NCBI GenBank assembly: GCA_002316315.1 | Contig: DCDG01000022.1 | Span: 66,731-130,730, forward strand | Direction of reading: 5' to 3' | Length of the DNA stretch: 64,000 nucleotides | Source of the DNA: Candidatus Aminicenantes bacterium UBA1061 | GTDB lineage: Bacteria; Acidobacteriota; Aminicenantia; Aminicenantales; Saccharicenantaceae | In this document: one piece after another, positions 18,658-26,354 of the stretch | How positions within the stretch are numbered: position 1 is the first letter of the stretch | Layout: every line of letters starts with the position of its first letter | Notes under the pieces: model-generated | The model's input: only the letters and a program-made list of their open reading frames with translations | Databases searched by the model: none | Told to the model about the DNA's origin: nothing | Translations under genes and position numbers: made by a program

Positions 18658-20823
18658 ATGGACAAATTAAAAGCTAAAAAGACATTAAACATAATATTGG
18701 GCAGTGCATTTGCCTTTTTATTTCTTTTTAGTTCGCTTTTTGCTCAGAATATTTTAAGCTCCTTGGCTGACAGCCAGAATTATCAAAGGAAAAGGGTCTC
18801 TTCGGCCGACCCAACTGGTGGTAATCGTGATTTTTTAACCATTCCCGCCGGGCAGACGGCTGTTCTGGCTGACCTTAAAGGCCCGGCCATTATTGACCAT
18901 ATCTGGATGACCATCGCCGCCGAGCCGTTTTACGGACGGAAGTTAACTCTGAGAATCTACTGGGATGGAGAGGATACCCCCTCGGTGGAAGTTCCCGTCG
19001 GGGATTTTTTCGCTGTTGGTCACGGTCTGGAAAGAAATCTTGTTTCTCTGCCTGTTATCCGGTCATCGGAGGGCCGGGCTCTAAATGCTTACTGGACTAT
19101 GCCCTTTCGTTGGTCAGCCAGGGTAACCATAACCAATGAGGGCAGCCGGGCAGTCGGTTCATTCTATTATCAGCTTGATTATCGCCAGGTTGAAGACATC
19201 AAACCTGATGTTCCCTATTTTCATGCTCAATATCGTCAGGAGTTTCCCTGCGAGGCTAGCCATAACTATCTCATTCTGGAGGCCGTCGGGCGGGGACATT
19301 ATGCGGGTTGTGTCCTGAGTGTTCTGCAGCGGTCGCTCGGCTGGTGGGGCGAAGGGGATGATATGATTTTTATTGATGGCAGCGAAACCCCGGTGATTAC
19401 CGGCACGGGCAGTGAAGATTATTTCTCCGACGCCTGGGGGATGAGAGAAGGAAATCATCTCTATTATGGTTGCCCCCTGCAGGAAGAAGATTTTCAGGCC
19501 GGAGCTAAAGCTTCAGTTTTCCGCTTCCATCTGCCTGACCCGATTCCCTTTTTTAAATCAATTAAAGTGACAATTGAGCACGGCCATGGAAACGATCGTT
19601 CTGATTACTACAGCTCAGTCGCTTACTGGTATCAGACTGAGCCTCATAAACCATTTCCACCTTTACCGTCGGTAGACAAACGGTTGCCATTTGCCTTCGA
19701 GACAGGCAATAATTTTTTCCTGCCCATCTGGCTGAAGGTAGAAAATGGACAGCCCGGTCAGGCTGAATATCTGGATAAAGTTAGCGGGACGAGACTGGCT
19801 GGGCATTCTCTGACTTCTTTACTTACCTCATATTATGCCCAGAGCGGCCAGCGTTATCAGGCCATAATCAGTCAGGAAGCCGCTGACGGCAGCAGGATCT
19901 CCCTGACCATCAAAGCCAGTCTGTCTGATCTTTACGATATAAAAATCTATTATTTAAAAGGACCGGCTTTTGGCAACTGGCAGGTTCTAAAAGAAATTAA
20001 AACCGGGGCAGCTGCTGAAGTCCAGCCTGAAGCCAGCACAAAAAACCTTCAGGCTGGAGAAAAAGAAAAAACAGAAGAAGCTCAGAAGAATCAGCTAAGC
20101 CAGGGGAGCCCGGTGGCCCAAGAAACACCGGCCGCAAATTACCTGACTCTGGCCAAGGTTAATACTTATGCTCCTGAGCTGGCTATTGATTCGGTGACGA
20201 TTAAGGCTCATGAACTTAGCGCAGGCGGTAATAGCTTCGTTCTGGAGGTAGCTGGGAAAGAAGCAAAATCAACCGGTTTCGATCTGGCCATGGTTGGGGT
20301 TAATCTGGTACCGACCGGACTTAATTTTGCCCTTGATTGGAATATTATCGGTCCTTTTGAGGCCAAAGACATGTCTTTTCTCTCCACACCCTATCCTCCC
20401 GAAACTGAAACAAACCTCAACAAGAGCTATCCCGGGAAGAATAATCAAGCGGTTGCCTGGCAGACCATCAAGGCACGAACTTCGGGCTATGTTGCTTTAA
20501 ATGAAATTCTTCAGCCAAATGAGCAGGCCATAGCCTATGGTTTGACTCATCTTTATTCGCCTGAAGAAAGACAGGTGACACTTCTTCTAGGAAGCGACGA
20601 CGGTGTCAAACTCTGGATAAACGACGTCCTGGTTCATACCAACCCTGCCTATCGCGGTGCTTATCCCGACCAGGATCGGATAAACGTTAATCTTAAGGCT
20701 GGCTGGAACAAGGTTTTAATCAAGGTACTGCAGGGTGCCGGTGGCTGGGGCTTTTACCTCAGAATTCCTGACCCCAAAGGTGAGTATCGCTGGAGTGCCA
20801 GGCCATCCAGGAAACAGGACTGA
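18658..20823 (+). CDS. Secreted DUF2961 (glycoside hydrolase family 172-like) protein with a C-terminal PA14-like domain.
   Basis: Signal peptide. Core motif GEGDDMIFIDGSETPVITGTGSEDYFSDAWG matches the DUF2961/GH172 signature. The C-terminal LLLGSDDGVKLWINDVLV ... GWGFYLRI resembles a PA14 carbohydrate-binding fold. Confidence 0.7.
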   Translation: MDKLKAKKTLNIILGSAFAFLFLFSSLFAQNILSSLADSQNYQRKRVSSADPTGGNRDFLTIPAGQTAVLADLKGPAIIDHIWMTIAAEPFYGRKLTLRIYWDGEDTPSVEVPVGDFFAVGHGLERNLVSLPVIRSSEGRALNAYWTMPFRWSARVTITNEGSRAVGSFYYQLDYRQVEDIKPDVPYFHAQYRQEFPCEASHNYLILEAVGRGHYAGCVLSVLQRSLGWWGEGDDMIFIDGSETPVITGTGSEDYFSDAWGMREGNHLYYGCPLQEEDFQAGAKASVFRFHLPDPIPFFKSIKVTIEHGHGNDRSDYYSSVAYWYQTEPHKPFPPLPSVDKRLPFAFETGNNFFLPIWLKVENGQPGQAEYLDKVSGTRLAGHSLTSLLTSYYAQSGQRYQAIISQEAADGSRISLTIKASLSDLYDIKIYYLKGPAFGNWQVLKEIKTGAAAEVQPEASTKNLQAGEKEKTEEAQKNQLSQGSPVAQETPAANYLTLAKVNTYAPELAIDSVTIKAHELSAGGNSFVLEVAGKEAKSTGFDLAMVGVNLVPTGLNFALDWNIIGPFEAKDMSFLSTPYPPETETNLNKSYPGKNNQAVAWQTIKARTSGYVALNEILQPNEQAIAYGLTHLYSPEERQVTLLLGSDDGVKLWINDVLVHTNPAYRGAYPDQDRINVNLKAGWNKVLIKVLQGAGGWGFYLRIPDPKGEYRWSARPSRKQD

Positions 20824-21053
20824 CTGTCTGAAAAAAATCATTGCGGAACAGCTCAGCTAAATAGATATGGCGGCTTGACCCGGCCCTTGCGAGCCCCCAT
20901 CTGCTGCCTTGAAAAGTACTTGACATTTACAAAGCATGCACTGCATAGCCGTGATGGGTTGATATTCTAGATTCAGAAGAGCAAGCATTTCATTTAAAAA
21001 AAGGCGCGGGCTCCTTCAAGAAAGAGGAGGATGCCCGACTAACTTAGCATCTA

Positions 21054-21845
21054 ATGAAGAAGTATATTATTACGCTTTTAATAACCTGTTTGTGTATTTT
21101 GCTTATCTTTTTTCTATTAAAAAAGATCAGGATCATCAACCTGCATAGAAAGGTAAGATAATAGAAAGCCCTGATAAGATCATTGTCCGGAATCCATCAG
21201 AACCCGCTTATAAGGACTATCAGCTCGACCTTGAATACATTTTTACCCTCGGGCGGGAATCAGACCGATGAAAATTATCTTTTTTATCAGGCGGAGGACA
21301 TCAAGCTTGATAGCCAGGACAATATATATGCTCTGGATTCGGGAAACTTCAGAATTCAAGTTTTTTACCCGAACGGGAAATATCTGAGGACAATCGGCAT
21401 TAGACGTCAGGGACCAGGAGAATTCTCTAATTTTATTTACAATTTTGATATTTCTGAAAAAGACTATATTTATGTCTGCTCGGGAAAATTTATAACCAGG
21501 TTTACGAGCGACGGGCAGTACGATGAATGCCTGAAGCATATAAAAAGCAGTTTAAAGAACAACAAAAGAGTTTTAGAACCCGTCTCCGGAATGCTCCGAT
21601 CCCGGAATATCATGTTTTTTTAAAGAAGATAATTGTTGATGACTATGGATACACCTGGGTGACACAACAAGTCCGAAAACTGATGAAACGGGATTTATAT
21701 TTGATGTCTTTGATTCGCGAGGAAGATATCTGAAGCGGTTCAACCTGAATTATTATCCTAATGTGATCACGAATAACTATCTTTACAGCCGGCGAATAGA
21801 TCCAGAAATTGGGCATCTTGTAGAAAAAGCAAAGATGAGAAACTG
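21054..21845 (+). pseudogene. Frameshift-disrupted gene for an NHL-repeat (β-propeller) secreted protein.
   Basis: ATG 21054 encodes signal-like MKKYIITLLITCLCILLIFFLL, then a stop. NHL-like repeats (YALDSGNFRIQVFYPNGKYLRTIG; VFDSRGRYLKRFNLNYYPNV) continue in three different frames across 21183-21845. Several frame changes fall in homopolymer runs. Confidence 0.4.
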
Positions 21846-22120
21846 ACCTCCCCGCTGATTTTACGAATTGGCACTTATGATGGTCTAAGCTGGATCATCC
21901 CCCTTGCCTCTCAAGCACCTTCTATTTATTATGAGCCGATTTAAGTGAAGCCTTCATGTGCTTAAGCTCGTAACCTCCCTGTATTGTAGAAGGCGGAACC
22001 CCGCACCGAAAGCCTATCAGAATTTACCATTTAACCTTGCGACAAAACCCGGGGCTTTCTGGTAAGTAGGAAAATCGTATCATGTCCCCGATTTCCCTCT
22101 GATAACCTTTATAAGCTTTT

Positions 22121-23536
22121 TTATTCTTTTTTCAAAATCTCATCAGCCTTCGCTCTGATTATTTCCAGAGCCTCCCGAACATGCCTTTCCTCTGTTGTTC
22201 TCTGGCCAACCACTAACCTGATAGTGAATTTTCCCTTGAGGGTGGTGTGGGTCAGAAAAACCTTTCCAGTAGAATTGATGGCTTCCAGCAATTGCTCGTT
22301 CAGCAGGTTAAGCTCATCTTCCGGCCGTCCATCATTCAACCTGAAGCAGACCAGGCTGAAATAGACCGGCGCCAAAACTTCAATTCTTTTATCTTTGACC
22401 AACTCATCGCAGAACCGCTCAGCCAGGTGGATATGGCGGCGGATAATTTTCTTTATTCCTTCAACTCCATAGCTTCTCAAGACAAACCAGAGTTTTAGGG
22501 AGCGAAACCTCCGGCCAAGCTGAATGCCCCAATCACGAAAATTTTTGACCTCAGCATCGACCCCTGTCTTTAGATATTCAGGATGGATTTCAAAAGTTCT
22601 GGTCAGAAGCCGATGGTCACAGACAAAAAAAGCAGAACAATCAAAATTGGTCAGCATCCATTTATGGGGATTGAAAACCAGAGAGTCAGCCTTTTCGACC
22701 CCTTCCAGGGCCCAGCGCTTTTCTGGCAGGATAGCTGCTGTTCCAGCATAAGCCGCATCCACATGAAGCCACAGGCCATATTTTGAACTTAACTCACCAA
22801 TAGCTTTGAGCGGATCTACGGCCCCGGAAGAAGTTGTGCCAACCGTCGCCACTACCGCCGTCGGCTTTAAGCCAGCCCGCAGGTCAGACTCTATGGCTTT
22901 TTCCATCTCTCCTGGAATCATGGCATACTCATCGTCGGTTGGAATATAGACCAGGTTTTTCCGGCCATAACCGGCTATCTTGACGCCTTTTTCCACACTT
23001 GAATGGGCTTCTTCTGAAGCATAAACCCTTAAAATCTCAGAAAAACCCGATTCATTGGCAGCAAAGCCGGTAGCCTTTTCACGGGCAGCCAGCAGGGCAC
23101 AAAGCGTGGCGGTGGAGGCTGTGTCCTGAATAACTCCAGCAAATTCCTCTGGTAAGCCCAACATTTGCCGGAGCCAGTCCATAACCACCTCTTCCAGTTC
23201 AGTGGCTGAAGGGGAGGTTTCCCAGACCATGCCCTGGGTGCCAAGTCCGGCAGATAGAAGTTCACCCAGAATAGAAGCAGGGCTGTTATTGGAGGGGAAA
23301 TAGGCAAACCAACCTGGATGCTGCCAGTGAGTCATGCCCGGCATGATAATAGAGTTGAAATCCATTAAAATGCGGTCCATCTCCTCAGATTGAGCGGGGG
23401 GAGAAGAAGGCAACTGACCCTTGACTTCTCCCGGCCTGACTGTTGATTTTACCGGATATTTTTCGACTTCTTCGAGATAATCACCTATCCAGTCTATCAA
23501 TTGATAACCATATTTTTGAAAATCTTCTCTTTTCAT
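22121..23536 (-). CDS. PLP-dependent group II decarboxylase (aromatic-L-amino-acid / tyrosine decarboxylase family).
   Basis: 471 aa. PLP-lysine motif SLVFNPHKWMLTNFDCSAFFV (the N-P-H-K-W signature of group II decarboxylases), plus a conserved N-terminal helical domain. Confidence 0.85.
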   Translation of the reverse strand: MKREDFQKYGYQLIDWIGDYLEEVEKYPVKSTVRPGEVKGQLPSSPPAQSEEMDRILMDFNSIIMPGMTHWQHPGWFAYFPSNNSPASILGELLSAGLGTQGMVWETSPSATELEEVVMDWLRQMLGLPEEFAGVIQDTASTATLCALLAAREKATGFAANESGFSEILRVYASEEAHSSVEKGVKIAGYGRKNLVYIPTDDEYAMIPGEMEKAIESDLRAGLKPTAVVATVGTTSSGAVDPLKAIGELSSKYGLWLHVDAAYAGTAAILPEKRWALEGVEKADSLVFNPHKWMLTNFDCSAFFVCDHRLLTRTFEIHPEYLKTGVDAEVKNFRDWGIQLGRRFRSLKLWFVLRSYGVEGIKKIIRRHIHLAERFCDELVKDKRIEVLAPVYFSLVCFRLNDGRPEDELNLLNEQLLEAINSTGKVFLTHTTLKGKFTIRLVVGQRTTEERHVREALEIIRAKADEILKKE

Positions 23537-23743
23537 GGTTGTTTCTCCTTTCTTTATGGCTGATTCAGGATATTTTTCTCTCCTTATCGGGCTTTTTAAC
23601 CTGACAACCTGTATTTTAATATCTTTTATCCCTCATTTTAAAGTCTTTTAGAGATTAAATCGGCTATTCGGGGACTTTTTCCCGGTCAAAACTGTCTGCT
23701 TTAGCTTAATTTCCTTCTTTTAAAGAAAGTTAGGCTTTTTTAC

Positions 23744-23772
23744 TTGATTTTTAAAAAGATCCATGGTATAAT
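23744..23772 (+). promoter_or_regulatory. Near-consensus sigma70-type promoter (TTGATT-N17-TATAAT) with no annotated gene downstream.
   Basis: TTGATT at 23744-23749, a 17-nt spacer, TATAAT at 23767-23772, in an AT-rich region. Confidence 0.45.
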
Positions 23773-23985
23773 TACAACGTTCTTTGAGAGGGGAAAAAGG
23801 CTTAATTAATTCAAAGACTTTTTAACTTTTTTTTCAACCTACCTGAGTTTAATTGCAACTAAAATTCCTTGATAGTCGTTTTTCATATTGAGAACGAGAG
23901 ATGAGAGAGCATAAAAACAAAACCCACGCTTCGAAAGAAAAATTCTCCTTTCTCTAATCCCCCCTCCTTTTTTGCCCTTAACCCT

Positions 23986-24022
23986 AAGCCCTGCTTCTTC
24001 TCGAGCAGGGCTTTCTTTATTA
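23986..24022 (+). terminator. Rho-independent terminator: perfect 10-bp stem, 8-nt loop, T-rich tail.
   Basis: AAGCCCTGCT-tcttctcg-AGCAGGGCTT followed by tctttatta. No T-tract exists on the opposite strand, so it is + oriented. Confidence 0.6.
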
Positions 24023-24067
24023 TCGTCCCGACAGCCGAAATATTCAAAGCCTTGACCTGTTTTCTCC

Positions 24068-24096
24068 TTGACTATTTCTTTTGAAGAGTTAAAATA
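24068..24096 (+). promoter_or_regulatory. Promoter for the riboswitch-btuB transcript (TTGACT-N16-TAAAAT).
   Basis: TTGACT at 24068-24073, TAAAAT at 24090-24095, placing the TSS just before the riboswitch. Confidence 0.4.
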
Positions 24097-24099
24097 ATG

Positions 24100-24260
24100 G
24101 CTTCAATATTGCGGGTTTAAAAGACAGGGAAGTCCGTTTTAGGCGGACACAGCCCCCGCTACTGTAATCGGCGACAAATCCCCGAGCAGGCCACTGCCCA
24201 TCAGGGCGGGAAGGCCGGGGAGGAGAATGACCCGAGAGTCAGGATACCTGTTTTAAACCC
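24100..24260 (+). promoter_or_regulatory. Cobalamin (B12) riboswitch in the 5' leader of the TonB-dependent receptor gene.
   Basis: Conserved core elements read directly: GGGAAGTCCG, CAGCCCCCGCTACTGTAA, GCCACTG, and the B12 box GAGTCAGGATACCTG (consensus rAGYCMGgAgaCCkGCc). It is followed by ~80 nt of expression platform and the RBS GGAAAGGAG before ATG 24341. Confidence 0.75.
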
Positions 24261-24340
24261 GGCGGACTTGTCTATCTTCGGGTGGAAGATAGAAAGTTGC
24301 CCGTCGTCAGATTTTCTCAAGCGGGGGGAAAGGAGTTTAA

Positions 24341-26275
24341 ATGAAAAAAGGCCTTTCTGCCCTTTTATTTTCAGGTCTGCTCTTAACCGCTATCTCCAGC
24401 CTGTCAGCAGATGATGAGAAGCAGCAGGAAAAAATCCATCATGAAATTTTGGTCACTGCCACTCGCCTGGAAACTCTATCCAGCGAGGTGGCTTCGGCTG
24501 CAACAGTGGTCAGAGTAGAGTCATTAACCCCGGTCAGCCTGACCCAGGCTCAGAATCTTTTTGCCCGGGTGCCTGGAATCTTTTTTCTTCAAACCGGACT
24601 GTCGGGAGGAACTGGTTCAGTTTTTATCCGGGGAGCCAATTCAGAGCACACTTTATTTATGTTGGACGGTTTTGAGCTGAATGACCCAATCTCTCCGGCC
24701 CGCTCTTTTAATTTCAATCTATTTAACCTCGGTCTTATCGATCGAATAGAAGTCCTGCGCGGGCCCCAGAGCAGTTTGTATGGGTCAGATGCCCTGGCCG
24801 GTGTAGTCAATCTTATTTCAACCGAGCCGAAAAAAAATCAACTGGAGCTTTCTGGCCTTTATGGCTCTTATAAAACCTTTAAGGGCGATCTCCGGCTAGC
24901 CCAGGTGAAAAAAAATCTTTTTTACCTTCTGGAATTTAATTCAGATGACAGCGGCGGGATATCTCAGGCCAGCAGTGCTTATAGCGGAAATAATGAATCA
25001 GACAGCTATACCCAGCAGAGCCTGGCTTTCAAGTTTAAATACCGGCCAGGAGAAAATTTTAATCTTTCCTGGCAGGCCAGGGCCCTGACCGCCCGGGCCG
25101 AACTTGACGCCTTTGGCGGTCCGGGCGGGGATGATCCCAACTCTGTCCAGAAGTCAACTTTCTTCTTCAATCGCCTGGAGCTTGACGGCTTTTTCTTCAA
25201 TCATCGCTGGGAACAGAAGTTAGTCCTTGGTTTCCAGGCAGGCCGGCGTCGGAATGACAATCCGGCGGATGAATTCCACCCTGAAATCGAGGAGGCTCGC
25301 TATAAAAGCCAGTTTTTTAAGCTGGACTGGCAGAATAATCTTTATCTCACGCTCAACCACCTGCTGATTTTTGGCTTCGAAGAAAAGCTCGAGCAGGGCA
25401 GCTCGAATTATTCTTATTTAAGTTCCTGGGGGGATTATCAGAGTGACTTTCCCAGGCAGAGTGCCTCGCTGGCCAGCTTCTATCTTCAAGATCAGTGGCG
25501 GCCCTGGTCTCAGCTGTCATTGACCTCAGGTGTTCGCTTCGACCACCACCAGAAGTTCGGTCCGGCTCTTACTTTCAGGCTGGCGGCTAATTATGACTGG
25601 TCAGAGCAGCAGACGCGGTTCAAATTCACTCTAGGTTCCGGCTTCAAAGCACCTTCTCTCTATGAGCTTTATGCTCCACCTGATAATCTTGGGCCGATTG
25701 GCAATATGTCCTTAGAGCCTGAAAAAAATCTGGGCTGGGACGCCGGCCTGGAAAAAATTTTCTTTGACCACCTGACCCTCTCCCTGACTTATTTTGAAAC
25801 CCGATTCCGAAATCTCATTCAGTTTTATTATGGCACTGGCTATCAGAATGTCGGGCAGGCTCGGACCAAAGGCCTTGAACTATCAATTAAAACCGCGCCG
25901 CTTAAAAACCTGGAGCTCACTGCCAGCTGGACTCACCTTCAGGCCAGAGACCTTGACCATCAAACCGATCTCCTCCGCCGGCCTAAAGATACATTTTATG
26001 GCAATCTGAATTTTTCGCGGAAAGCAGTTAGAATTAGCTCCGAAGTCTATTATTTGGGCCAGAGGTATGATCTTGATTTTTCTTCTTATCCCAACCGTGA
26101 AGTCTGCCTTCGGTCTGCCTTTCTGGTCAATTTTTTTGTGAGTTATGATCTTAAATCCACGACAAGCTTTTTCATTCGAGGAGATAATCTCCTTGGCACC
26201 AGATATGAGATGGTCTATGGCTATGGCTCCCCCGGGACTACAATTTCGACCGGATTTAGATTAAAATTATCTTAG
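24341..26275 (+). CDS. btuB: TonB-dependent outer-membrane receptor, BtuB-like (vitamin B12/corrinoid uptake).
   Basis: Signal peptide. TonB-box-like ILVTATR near the N-terminus, plug domain motifs (IEVLRGPQSSLYGSDALAGVVNLIS), and a long β-barrel with a C-terminal GFRLKLS. The B12 riboswitch sits directly upstream. Confidence 0.8.
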   Translation: MKKGLSALLFSGLLLTAISSLSADDEKQQEKIHHEILVTATRLETLSSEVASAATVVRVESLTPVSLTQAQNLFARVPGIFFLQTGLSGGTGSVFIRGANSEHTLFMLDGFELNDPISPARSFNFNLFNLGLIDRIEVLRGPQSSLYGSDALAGVVNLISTEPKKNQLELSGLYGSYKTFKGDLRLAQVKKNLFYLLEFNSDDSGGISQASSAYSGNNESDSYTQQSLAFKFKYRPGENFNLSWQARALTARAELDAFGGPGGDDPNSVQKSTFFFNRLELDGFFFNHRWEQKLVLGFQAGRRRNDNPADEFHPEIEEARYKSQFFKLDWQNNLYLTLNHLLIFGFEEKLEQGSSNYSYLSSWGDYQSDFPRQSASLASFYLQDQWRPWSQLSLTSGVRFDHHQKFGPALTFRLAANYDWSEQQTRFKFTLGSGFKAPSLYELYAPPDNLGPIGNMSLEPEKNLGWDAGLEKIFFDHLTLSLTYFETRFRNLIQFYYGTGYQNVGQARTKGLELSIKTAPLKNLELTASWTHLQARDLDHQTDLLRRPKDTFYGNLNFSRKAVRISSEVYYLGQRYDLDFSSYPNREVCLRSAFLVNFFVSYDLKSTTSFFIRGDNLLGTRYEMVYGYGSPGTTISTGFRLKLS

Positions 26276-26354
26276 TCTTTTTACCCTTCCAGCCAGCTGG
26301 CTGGAAGAGGGAAAGCCAACAAGAATTTCTATTTAACCGAGCTGGAGTCACAGG

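Noticed and set aside
20824-21053. TTGACA hexamer at ~20920 and a GC-rich imperfect hairpin at ~21005-21045 downstream of the GH172 gene
   Set aside because: No acceptable -10 hexamer lies at 16-18 nt spacing. The hairpin has a 5/6 stem with a >20-nt loop and no T-tract. The evidence is too weak to call a promoter or terminator.
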